Source: Eubacteriales bacterium (lineage in GTDB: Bacteria > Bacillota > Clostridia > Oscillospirales > CAG-272). Taken from it: DNA of 56,321 nucleotides. Shown one piece after another: positions 7,182-16,038 of the stretch. The DNA lies in assembly GCA_045652135.1 (NCBI GenBank), contig JAZRTS010000163.1:1-56321 (forward strand), written 5' to 3'. Position 1 is the first letter of the stretch, and every line of letters begins with the position of its first letter. Under the pieces are notes generated by a model. It saw only the letters and a program-made list of their open reading frames with translations, was not told where the DNA came from and did no database searches. Position numbers and translations under genes: made by a program.

Positions 7182-8597
7182 TTATAACGAAACATCTTGA
7201 ACGAATATTTCTCTTATTGTATCTTTTTTAACTTCATTCTGAGTATTCGCCGTTTTTCCTCTTTTTTCAAAGAAATCCGTTGCAACCTTCGGGAAAAGCG
7301 CATAGGAAAGCACATCCTCCTCACACTTGGCAATTCCCTTCGCTTCTTCTTTGTACTTTTCAAGCTCGGGCGCAATAAGATCGGCAGGACGGCAGGTTAT
7401 GACTTCTTCATCGCCTATTGCCTTTTTGCGCACTTCTTCATTGACTTCCCCCGGAAGTCTTCCGTATTCACCCTTCAAAAGCCCTTTTGACTCCTTGGTG
7501 AACACCTTGTATCTTTCACCGGAAAGCACGTTGAGAACTGACTGTGAGCCTACGATCTGGCTTGTGGGTGTTACAAGAGGAGGATAACCGAAGTCCTTTC
7601 TTACACGGGGAATTTCCGCAAGCACCTCGTAATATTTATCCTCGGCATTCGCCTGCTTTAGCTGTGATATGAGGTTTGAAAGCATACCGCCGGGAACTTG
7701 GTACAAAAGCGTATTTGTATCAACGTTGAGCACCTTGGGATCAAGCGAACCGCTTTCTTTGAGTTTCTTTGCAATGCCTCTGAAATGCGTTGCGGCATCG
7801 CTTAAAAGCGCAAGGTCAAGACCTGTATCGCGTTCTGTTGATGCCATTGTGGCAACAAGTGATTCGGTTGCCGGCTGTGATGTGCCGTTCGCAAGCGGTG
7901 AAAGTGCCGTATCAACTATATCAACACCTGCCATTGCCGCCATAAGATACGTCATATCGCCCGTACCCGACGTGTTGTGTGTATGCAAGTGGATCGGCAC
8001 GGATATTTTTTCTTTAAGTGCCTTTACAAGCGAGTATGCATCATAAGGCAAAAGCAGGTTTGCCATATCTTTGATACAGATAATGTCAGCGCCCTTTTCT
8101 TCAAGTCGGCACGCAAGATCAACAAAATATTCGTGGCTGTGAACGGGGCTTGTCGTGTAGCTTATTGCCGCTTCGACCGTACCGCCGTACTGCTTTGTAA
8201 ACTTCATCGCCGCTTCGATATTTCTTATATCGTTCAGCGCATCAAAAATTCTGATTATATCGATACCGTTTTCAACGGATTTCTTTACAAAAGCTTCTAC
8301 AGTGTCATCGGCATAGTGCTTGTAGCCGAGAAGATTCTGCCCTCTTAAAAGCATCTGGAGCTTCGTATTCGGCAAAGCCTTGCGAAGCGTGCGAAGTCTT
8401 TCCCACGGATCTTCATTCAAAAAACGCATACATGAATCGAATGTTGCGCCGCCCCAGCATTCAAGCGAATAAAAGCCTATTTTGTCAAGCACCTCGCAAG
8501 CAGGGAGCATATCCTCAATTCTCATTCTCGTTGCGGCTTGCGATTGATGTGCATCACGCAGTATAGTATCTGTTATTTTTAACGGATTTTTAGCCAT
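7182..8597 (-). CDS. oadA: Oxaloacetate decarboxylase alpha-type carboxyltransferase subunit, with no biotinyl domain
   Basis: N-terminal ITDTILRDAHQS HMGL-like TIM-barrel motif and HxH metal site (HLHTHNTSG). 471 aa, ending before any biotin-attachment domain. Confidence 0.8.
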   Translation of the reverse strand: MAKNPLKITDTILRDAHQSQAATRMRIEDMLPACEVLDKIGFYSLECWGGATFDSCMRFLNEDPWERLRTLRKALPNTKLQMLLRGQNLLGYKHYADDTVEAFVKKSVENGIDIIRIFDALNDIRNIEAAMKFTKQYGGTVEAAISYTTSPVHSHEYFVDLACRLEEKGADIICIKDMANLLLPYDAYSLVKALKEKISVPIHLHTHNTSGTGDMTYLMAAMAGVDIVDTALSPLANGTSQPATESLVATMASTERDTGLDLALLSDAATHFRGIAKKLKESGSLDPKVLNVDTNTLLYQVPGGMLSNLISQLKQANAEDKYYEVLAEIPRVRKDFGYPPLVTPTSQIVGSQSVLNVLSGERYKVFTKESKGLLKGEYGRLPGEVNEEVRKKAIGDEEVITCRPADLIAPELEKYKEEAKGIAKCEEDVLSYALFPKVATDFFEKRGKTANTQNEVKKDTIREIFVQDVSL

Positions 8598-8614
8598 ATT
8601 ATACCCCTTTCAAG

Positions 8615-9796
8615 TTAAAACATATTGGGTATCTGCAAAAGAACGCCTGCGGCAATCGCAGAACCTATAACACCGGCAACATTGGGTCCCATTGCGTGCA
8701 TAAGCAGGAAGTTTGAGGGATTAGCCTCCTGACCGACCTTTTGCGAAACACGTGCCGCCATAGGCACAGCGGAAACACCTGCCGAGCCGATGAGGGGATT
8801 GATCTTGTTTTTGGAAAACAGATTCATAAATTTAGCAAGGAGCACACCGCTTCCCGTACCTATCGAGAATGCGAACACACCCATAACAAGTATAGCAAGC
8901 GTTTCAAGATTAAGGAAGCGTTCAGCGGTTGCCGTAGCGCCGACGGAAATACCGAGGAATACCGTGACAATATTCATAAGCTCATTCTGAACGGTCTTGC
9001 TGAGTCTTTCTGTAACACCGCATTCACGAAGCAGGTTACCGAGCATAAGCGAACCGATAAGAGATGCCGCAGACGGAACAAGCAGTGATACGAATACAGT
9101 GATTACAATGGGAAAAACGATTTTTTCTGTTTTTGAAACCTCACGAAGCTGTTTCATCTCTATCATACGTTCTTTTTTAGTTGTGAGGAGCTTCATTATC
9201 GGAGGCTGAATAAACGGCACGAGCGCCATATAACAATATGCCGCAATAGCGATAGAGCCCAAAAGCTCAGGCGACATTTTTGTTGCCGTGTATATTGCCG
9301 TAGGGCCGTCAGCGCCGCCGATGATTCCGATAGAGCCTGCCTGCTGGGGTGTAAATATCCCCGAAACACGGGCAAGTATATACGTTACAAAGATACCTAT
9401 CTGTGCCGCCGCACCCAAGAGAAGCGACTTGGGATTTGCAATAAGCGGTGCAAAGTCAGTCATCGCACCGACACCGATAAATATAAGACACGGGAAGATA
9501 CCGAGCTTGACACCGAGATACAGATAGTCGATAAGACCTGCCGCACCATCGGAAAACATCCCCCAGTTTATATGTCCCGTTTCATTTATAAATATTTCGG
9601 GGTGATAAAGCTCAGCCCCCGGAAGATTTGTAAGGAGCATGCCGAATGCTATCGGCAAAAGCAAAAGGGGTTCAAACTTCCTTACTATCGCAAGATAAAT
9701 AAGAAATGCCGAGATGGCATACATCACAAGCACCAACGGCTTATCGGCGATACCGAAAAAACCTGTGGTCTTGACAAAATTTAAAAGTGCATCCAT
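8615..9796 (-). CDS. oadB: Na+-translocating decarboxylase beta subunit
   Basis: 393-aa polytopic protein of the OadB/GcdB/MmdB type, located inside the decarboxylase operon. Confidence 0.85.
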   Translation of the reverse strand: MDALLNFVKTTGFFGIADKPLVLVMYAISAFLIYLAIVRKFEPLLLLPIAFGMLLTNLPGAELYHPEIFINETGHINWGMFSDGAAGLIDYLYLGVKLGIFPCLIFIGVGAMTDFAPLIANPKSLLLGAAAQIGIFVTYILARVSGIFTPQQAGSIGIIGGADGPTAIYTATKMSPELLGSIAIAAYCYMALVPFIQPPIMKLLTTKKERMIEMKQLREVSKTEKIVFPIVITVFVSLLVPSAASLIGSLMLGNLLRECGVTERLSKTVQNELMNIVTVFLGISVGATATAERFLNLETLAILVMGVFAFSIGTGSGVLLAKFMNLFSKNKINPLIGSAGVSAVPMAARVSQKVGQEANPSNFLLMHAMGPNVAGVIGSAIAAGVLLQIPNMF

Positions 9797-9806
9797 ATTT
9801 ACACCC

Positions 9807-10142
9807 TTAACCTATCGTGCAAAGAAGCTCGCCCGACGCAACCGTTGCGCCTTTGCTTACTGAAACAGAGGCAACCGTACCGTCGCAGGGAGCGCATATT
9901 TCATTTTCCATTTTCATCGCTTCAAGCACCATAAGAACATCGCCTGCTTTAACATTACTTCCCGATGATACATTAACCGAAAGTATCGTACCTGCAATAG
10001 GTGCGTTTACTGCCCTGCCACCTGTCGTCTGTGCTGCAGGCTGTGCCTGGGGCGCAGGCGTATTTTTGATTTCGGAGGCTGAAATTTCCTCAAGTTGTAT
10101 CTCGTATGTGTTTCCGTTCACATTTACTCTGAAAGTTCTCAT
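9807..10142 (-). CDS. Biotin carboxyl carrier (biotinyl/lipoyl domain) subunit
   Basis: Ala/Pro-rich linker followed by the EAMKMENE biotinylation motif. AAGGAG RBS. Confidence 0.85.
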   Translation of the reverse strand: MRTFRVNVNGNTYEIQLEEISASEIKNTPAPQAQPAAQTTGGRAVNAPIAGTILSVNVSSGSNVKAGDVLMVLEAMKMENEICAPCDGTVASVSVSKGATVASGELLCTIG

Positions 10143-10155
10143 TTTATTTTCTCCT

Positions 10156-10461
10156 TTATATTTTTTTAATTGATACTATTCTGAAAGAGTTTATGTCCTC
10201 TCCCATATACTCAGCAAGTGCGGCTGATACTGCCGCTACGAATTCTTCCCTGTTCGGGATTTCCTCGGTTCGTGCCGTAACCTGTGACGGCGATGTTTCT
10301 TTTATTTCCTCGTTTCCACGCATCACACCGACAAGCAGACCGAGAAGCTTGCAAATAAGAATTATAACGATAAGTCCAACGAATACAGTTCCTATTCCAA
10401 ACAGACATACCTGCCAGTCTGTGAAACAAAATTCGGGGATCGTCAATAAAATATTGCCCAT
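10156..10461 (-). CDS. oadG: OadG-family decarboxylase gamma subunit
   Basis: Single N-terminal TM helix and a C-terminal AAVSAALAEYMGE motif typical of OadG. The ATG at 10461 follows CGGAGAG; the track start at 10479 lacks an RBS. Confidence 0.7.
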   Translation of the reverse strand: MGNILLTIPEFCFTDWQVCLFGIGTVFVGLIVIILICKLLGLLVGVMRGNEEIKETSPSQVTARTEEIPNREEFVAAVSAALAEYMGEDINSFRIVSIKKI

Positions 10462-10533
10462 ATTTTCTCTCCGTTTCATTTTTATTATAAATAATATTAA
10501 CCGTAAGATGAATGTTTATTTCACTGTTTGTAT

Positions 10534-11193
10534 TCAGGTATCAGACAACCTGATGTAATTATTTTCCGCCACTATATAGTGATCAAGAAGCTTTATGTCA
10601 ACGAGCATCAGAGCACGGCGTATACTTTCCGTTACCGAAATATCGTCCGCTGACGGAAATGCTATCCCTCTGGGATGATTATGCGCGATAACAACTGACG
10701 ATGCTCTGCTCATAAGAGCGATTTCCGTTATACGTCTTACGTTTACCGCCGAGGAATTTACAGAGCCTTCATGTAATACTCTCGATTCTATAAGTCCTCC
10801 CTTGTTATCAAGAAGCAAAAGTATAACTTTTTCGTTTTCTTCACCGGCAAACTTTTCGACAAGAAATTTTCCTATCGTATCTTTACTGTCAAACGAATCC
10901 TGCGAGCGTCTTGACACATCGTTTTCATAATACCTGACGGTTGAATGTAAAAGCTTCAAAAACATCGCCGCATTTTCGCCAACACCGTCAACGCTTGCAA
11001 GTTCATCCAAAGGGGCTTCAAGCACCTCCGAAAAAGAACCGAATCTGTCAATAAGACTGTGTGCTATACCGTTGGTGTCTATTCTCGGCAACGCATAGAA
11101 AAGCAAAAACTCAAGGGCATTATGCGCTTCAAATCCATCAAGATCTTCCGAAAGAAATCTTCTTTTTACTCTTTCTCTGTGTCCTTCAGCCAT
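10534..11193 (-). CDS. radC: RadC-family JAB-domain protein
   Basis: N-terminal HRERVKRRF...EAHNALEFLL, a helix-hairpin-helix segment and a C-terminal HNHPRG JAMM motif. Confidence 0.85.
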   Translation of the reverse strand: MAEGHRERVKRRFLSEDLDGFEAHNALEFLLFYALPRIDTNGIAHSLIDRFGSFSEVLEAPLDELASVDGVGENAAMFLKLLHSTVRYYENDVSRRSQDSFDSKDTIGKFLVEKFAGEENEKVILLLLDNKGGLIESRVLHEGSVNSSAVNVRRITEIALMSRASSVVIAHNHPRGIAFPSADDISVTESIRRALMLVDIKLLDHYIVAENNYIRLSDT

Positions 11194-11212
11194 TTAATCA
11201 CTCCTTTTCGTA

Positions 11213-12658
11213 TTATTTGCCGTTTTTGTCAAGCAATTCTTTTTTAATATCCCAAAGCTTCTGCGAGAGGTCTACATAATAGTTGTGAGGATTTTCAAAA
11301 CGCGTTACCTCATCCCATAGCGTTTCAAGCTGCGATGCGCAGTATTTTCTTATTTCTTCGATGTCGGGCAGATCATACACGCACTTACCGTTTTCGAATA
11401 TACGCACCTGAAGCTCTTTTGCGGTATAGTCTGTCAAAATCTTTCGTTTCCACGTATAATCGGGATCAAAAAGCTCATACGGCTTCGTAAAGTCGGGATT
11501 TTCATCGTGTACGCACAAAAGGTCCGCAGCCGCCTTGCCGCTTCCGTTTTCATAAAGTCTATATAACTTTTTAAAATGCGGATGAGTTATTTTTTCAGGG
11601 TTTTCACTTATTTTTATTCTCGGCACTATATCGCCTTTTTCATTTTCCACAGCTGCAAGCTTATAAACACCACCGAATACGGGTTCGCTTTTTGACGTTA
11701 TAAGTCTTTCACCGACACCGAAAATGTCAATTTTCGCTCCTTGATTAAGCAATTCTCTGATTATATATTCATCAAGAGAATTCGAAGCAACTATCTTACA
11801 ATGACTGTATCCTGCCTCATCAAGCATCTTTCTCGCTTTTCCGGACAGATACGCAATATCTCCGCTGTCAAGTCTTATGGCGAGAGATACTTCTTTATTA
11901 TCCTTGCCGTACACGTTGTCGAATGCTTTTATGGCGTTCGGAACGCCGCTTTTCAAAACGTTATACGTATCGACGAGGAGAGTTGCGCTTTTGCTGTACG
12001 TTTTACAGTACGTTTCAAACGCTTCGTATTCCGTGTCGAACATCTGTACCCACGAATGAGCCATAGTACCGCCGGACGGTACACCATACATTTCGTCTGC
12101 AAGCACGCATGCCGTTCCGTTACAGCCTGCAATATACGATGCCCTTGCACCGAGCACCGCGCCGTCAGCTCCCTGCGCCCTGCGCGAGCCGAATTCCGAC
12201 ACAGCTCTGCCGCCCGCCGAACGCACGATGCGGCTTGCCTTTGTGGCGATAAGTGATTGGTGATTCAGTGACAAAAGGACAAACGTTTCTATAAGCTGTG
12301 CCTCGACAGCATTTCCCCTTACCGTCATTATCGGTTCTCTTGGAAACACGGGTGTTCCCTCAGGTACCGCCCAGATATCTCCCTTGAAACTGAACGTGCG
12401 CAGATATTCCAGAAATTCACTCGAAAATAAATTTTTGTTTTTCAGAAATTCAATGTCATCGTCATCGAAATGAATATTTTTGATGTATTCCACCACCTGC
12501 TCAAGACCTGCGGCAATGGCAAATCCGCCACCGTCGGGAACTCTGCGAAAAAATACATCGAAATAAACGGTCTTGTCCTTCATACCGTTTTCAAAATAAC
12601 CGTTGCTCATTGTAAGCTCATAAAAATCGCACAGCAACGTATAATTTCTTTCTTCCAT
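11213..12658 (-). CDS. pncB: Nicotinate phosphoribosyltransferase
   Basis: 481 aa. N-terminal LLCDFYELTMSNGYF is typical of Firmicute PncB. Confidence 0.85.
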   Translation of the reverse strand: MEERNYTLLCDFYELTMSNGYFENGMKDKTVYFDVFFRRVPDGGGFAIAAGLEQVVEYIKNIHFDDDDIEFLKNKNLFSSEFLEYLRTFSFKGDIWAVPEGTPVFPREPIMTVRGNAVEAQLIETFVLLSLNHQSLIATKASRIVRSAGGRAVSEFGSRRAQGADGAVLGARASYIAGCNGTACVLADEMYGVPSGGTMAHSWVQMFDTEYEAFETYCKTYSKSATLLVDTYNVLKSGVPNAIKAFDNVYGKDNKEVSLAIRLDSGDIAYLSGKARKMLDEAGYSHCKIVASNSLDEYIIRELLNQGAKIDIFGVGERLITSKSEPVFGGVYKLAAVENEKGDIVPRIKISENPEKITHPHFKKLYRLYENGSGKAAADLLCVHDENPDFTKPYELFDPDYTWKRKILTDYTAKELQVRIFENGKCVYDLPDIEEIRKYCASQLETLWDEVTRFENPHNYYVDLSQKLWDIKKELLDKNGK

Positions 12659-12693
12659 ATTATCCTCATTTGGGTTATTTTTTTAAAAAACTA

Positions 12694-12721
12694 TTGACAT
12701 TTGGCCGTTTAGGTGTATAAT
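12694..12721 (+). promoter_or_regulatory. Sigma-A promoter for the ECF S-component gene
   Basis: TTGACA (12694-12699), 16-nt spacer, TATAAT (12716-12721). Confidence 0.65.
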
Positions 12722-12750
12722 TATACCATTAAATAAAGGGGGCAACCAAA

Positions 12751-13371
12751 ATGAACAATAAACAAAAAACTTATAAATTGGTTCTTGCCGCAGTATTTAC
12801 GGCTCTTATACTCGTTATGTCGTTTACACCTCTCGGCTATCTCCGCGTAGGCTTTGTATCCATCAGCTTTATGACCGTGCCGGTAGCACTCGGTGCCGTT
12901 TTGCTCGGCCCTGTGTACGGTGCATACTTCGGTCTTCTTTTCGGTATCACAAGCCTTATACAGTGCTTTACGGGTGATCCCTTCGGCGCGATGCTTGTTG
13001 GTGTAAGCCCCGCTTTGACGGCTGTTATGTGTATCATTCCGAGAATACTTATCGGTCTTTTGTCAGGTCTCATATTCGTAGGTATTAAAAAAGCATCAAA
13101 AAACGACATAGGTGCTTTTCTCGCAGCAAGCCTTTCAGCCCCGCTTATAAACACAGTGCTTTTTATGGGCTTTATGATGGCGTTCTTCTACAACAATCCT
13201 GCATTCCATACAGGACTTGAGTCACTTGGCATCACAGGATACGAAAACATTTTCAACCTGCTTTGGATCATGATAGGCACAAACGGTATAATCGAATTTT
13301 TCGTTTGCGGTATCATTGCATTTGCACTTTCAAAGTCTCTCAGCACAGTTTTACTCAAGCGCATCGGTTAA
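12751..13371 (+). CDS. ECF-transporter substrate-specific (S) component; substrate unknown, niacin is a position-based guess
   Basis: 206 aa with about six TM helices and a PF12822-like N-terminus (LAAVFTALILVMSFTPLGYL). It is divergent from pncB. Confidence 0.7.
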   Translation: MNNKQKTYKLVLAAVFTALILVMSFTPLGYLRVGFVSISFMTVPVALGAVLLGPVYGAYFGLLFGITSLIQCFTGDPFGAMLVGVSPALTAVMCIIPRILIGLLSGLIFVGIKKASKNDIGAFLAASLSAPLINTVLFMGFMMAFFYNNPAFHTGLESLGITGYENIFNLLWIMIGTNGIIEFFVCGIIAFALSKSLSTVLLKRIG

Positions 13372-15324
13372 TTACAAAATAATTTCCGTAAAACCGTCCT
13401 TTGTAAGGGCGGTTTTTTTGCCGTTTAAAACAAGCACACCGCCGTCTTTGTTCGTATAAACACGGCATATTTTTCCGTCAAATTCCACCTTGACGCAACC
13501 GCCGTTAAGCGGTACGGTGCCCGAAATTTTTTCAAGACCGCCAAGGCACGGCTTTACCTCAAACGTTTCAGCGCCGATTGACGTTGATGAAACTCCGAGA
13601 AAATATTTGCCGAAAAGGTAAACAGGGCCTGCGCCCCACGCATGGCAAAGCGATTTTCCGTATTTCATACCGTACATCGAATAATGCTGTTCTCCCTCTT
13701 CTTCGGGAATGTACTGCTCCCAAATCGACGTTGCGCCGAGGTTCACCATTCCGCCCCAATACGAGCGTATAAGATTCGTTGCGTATTCAACATTACCTGT
13801 TTTACAGATAGCATCCGTTTCAAAAAATTTGAAATACGGCGTTGTTATCTGTGTTATTTCGTCGTTATCAATGACGTTTTTGATTATTTTTTCGCTCTGT
13901 TCATCAGATGCAATACCGTAAAGAAGTGCAAAAATATTTGCGTGCCTTGTTACGTGGCGTCTTCCCGATGTAAAGCTGTCGATATATGCACCCTTTTCTT
14001 CACTCCAGAAGTATCTGTTTATCCTTTCGAAAAGGTCTTCGGCACGCGTTTTGTATTCACCGCCGTCCTGACCTACGGCTTCGGCAAGCGCTTGCATACA
14101 GATCATAGCACGGTACAAAAGCATCTGCTCCGCGCACGGCGCACCGTCCTTGTCGATATCCGACCAGTCGATAAATATCCAATCCCCGTCACGGTGGACG
14201 ATAAAGCCGTTTTCGTCAAGTCGGGATATTATAAAATCGCAAAGCGACTTTATCCTCGGATATATGAACTTGACGAAATCATTGTCCCCTGATGAAAAAT
14301 AATATTCATACGTACCGATTATAAGGTAAAGCGAATAATCGTTTATCGTATTTATATGCGTATTTATCGGGTCTTTTCCCCGAAGCGCCGTTATTGTACG
14401 GCGAACGATAGGATAGTCAAGAAACAGATATTCGTTTATTTTGAAGCTTTGGTAGGCATCGCCCGACCATACCCAACGGTCACGCTTTATGCCGTCAAGG
14501 AAAAATTCCCTTGCATTCAGATGAAACGTATATGCGGAAATATCCCATATTTTATTTATCAATTCATCGTCGCATTTGAATTCACCCTTATATTCAAACG
14601 GAATATATTCGTATTCCGCATAAACGTTTAAAGGTATCGTTGTGTTTATAAACACATATCTGAATGCACGTGAGGATAAAACAGCATCCCCGCTTACCTT
14701 TTCCCATAAATACGTATTTTTGTCTGCAGAAAGCGCCTCGCATTTGCTTTCACCGAAATAAACGGTGAATTCATTCCCCACACTGTTTGAAATGACGAGC
14801 TTGGAAAACATCTCACGTCCGAAATCGTAAAGAATACCGCTGTTTGTTTTCTGAATACTTACAGGTTCAACCCTTTCGTATTCGAAGTTAAATACCTCGG
14901 GGTTATCGGATACGCTTTCGTATGCAGGTTCATCACCTGCGTTTACACGTTCCCCGGTGTTGTGTCCGCATATCCAGCTGCTGTCGGAAATAAGCTTGTC
15001 ACTTTCACAGTATATTGACGGAAGCCCCTGCGGCTTTGTCACAAGAACGTGCACATTATGCTCGCCTTTGCAAAATGAAATATCCTCACCGATAATATAC
15101 CGCACGCCGTCAAGCTGTACAAACCCTTTGGCATTTGATATTATCTTAAATGTTCCGTCTTCTTCCGCCGTGAAGTGTTTATCAAAAGATACGGTGGGGT
15201 ACGGCGTATAAAGCTCCCACATAGGAGGGACGCAAAAGCCGAATTCATCACGTCTTGAATGAAGCATAAGGCTGTGATATATTTCAAAATCGCCTCTGTA
15301 CCATATCCACCTTGATTTTTTCAT
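13372..15324 (-). CDS. Six-hairpin glycoside hydrolase, GH78 (alpha-L-rhamnosidase)-like
   Basis: 650 aa and cytosolic. The DGIKRDRWVWSGDAYQS segment resembles the D-x-P-x-R-[DE]-x-x-G-W-x-GD block of rhamnosidase-type (alpha/alpha)6 enzymes. Confidence 0.55.
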   Translation of the reverse strand: MKKSRWIWYRGDFEIYHSLMLHSRRDEFGFCVPPMWELYTPYPTVSFDKHFTAEEDGTFKIISNAKGFVQLDGVRYIIGEDISFCKGEHNVHVLVTKPQGLPSIYCESDKLISDSSWICGHNTGERVNAGDEPAYESVSDNPEVFNFEYERVEPVSIQKTNSGILYDFGREMFSKLVISNSVGNEFTVYFGESKCEALSADKNTYLWEKVSGDAVLSSRAFRYVFINTTIPLNVYAEYEYIPFEYKGEFKCDDELINKIWDISAYTFHLNAREFFLDGIKRDRWVWSGDAYQSFKINEYLFLDYPIVRRTITALRGKDPINTHINTINDYSLYLIIGTYEYYFSSGDNDFVKFIYPRIKSLCDFIISRLDENGFIVHRDGDWIFIDWSDIDKDGAPCAEQMLLYRAMICMQALAEAVGQDGGEYKTRAEDLFERINRYFWSEEKGAYIDSFTSGRRHVTRHANIFALLYGIASDEQSEKIIKNVIDNDEITQITTPYFKFFETDAICKTGNVEYATNLIRSYWGGMVNLGATSIWEQYIPEEEGEQHYSMYGMKYGKSLCHAWGAGPVYLFGKYFLGVSSTSIGAETFEVKPCLGGLEKISGTVPLNGGCVKVEFDGKICRVYTNKDGGVLVLNGKKTALTKDGFTEIIL

Positions 15325-15342
15325 GACGTTCTCCGTTTATTT

Positions 15343-16038
15343 TTATTGATATACTGTTTTGCAGTCTTTTTTAAATGTTATTTCTTTCATAACGGTGTAG
15401 TATTCGCCGTTTTGTTCAAAATCTATATTCAGATATTTTGCGAGCGCGCGGATTATATAATCGGGGTTTATATAGTTGTCAACGCTTGATTCAAGGTCAG
15501 CGACTATCTTTACGCACTCACCGTTAAAGCTGACGTCACTTGATTTTATACCCGGTAAAATATCAACGTCGGTAAGACCGCTTTTCGTTTTCTTCGTGCG
15601 CTTTGTTATTATCATAGGATTTTCAAGCATAACCTTTATTTCGTTTGCTTTTTCTTCCGACATACCGTTAAAGTAAAGCTTGAACGTATATCTTGACCAG
15701 AATAAGTCCTCAAGCTTTGTTTTCGGTTTATACACACGCTTGACTTGTATATCGTCGGGAAGATTTTTGTTAAGGCTTTCCTTTATCTTCTCGTAATCAA
15801 CGGGCGGAAGCACACGTATGTCAAGAAACTCACACATGCTTTCCGCACCAAGCGAAAGCGGAAGCGAAAACACAAGCTTCGGATGGGGGTTAAATCCGTT
15901 TGTAAACCATATTGCCACCTTGGCTCTTACAAATGCCGTGCGAAGCGTTCTGTTCAGATCAAGGTGAGAAATGAATTTTGCCCTGCCTGTTTTGGAAAAT
16001 TCAAGTCTCACTTTTTCGTATTCGTTGACGGACACCAT
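15343..16038 (-). CDS. TIGR03936-family radical-SAM-associated protein (DUF2344)
   Basis: GRAKFISHLDLNRTLRTAFVRA is a family-typical N-terminal block. The ATG at 16038 lies 9 nt after GGAGG and overlaps the end of the upstream radical-SAM gene. Confidence 0.8.
   Translation of the reverse strand: MVSVNEYEKVRLEFSKTGRAKFISHLDLNRTLRTAFVRAKVAIWFTNGFNPHPKLVFSLPLSLGAESMCEFLDIRVLPPVDYEKIKESLNKNLPDDIQVKRVYKPKTKLEDLFWSRYTFKLYFNGMSEEKANEIKVMLENPMIITKRTKKTKSGLTDVDILPGIKSSDVSFNGECVKIVADLESSVDNYINPDYIIRALAKYLNIDFEQNGEYYTVMKEITFKKDCKTVYQ

Noticed and set aside
13642-14292. 216-aa plus-strand ORF inside the GH78-like gene. Similar long antisense ORFs lie at 39019-39648, 41588-42124, 42722-43216, 48750-49313 and 51155-51853.
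   Set aside because: All lie within confidently called opposite-strand genes, lack Shine-Dalgarno sequences and encode low-complexity or Cys/Arg-rich products typical of antisense frames.
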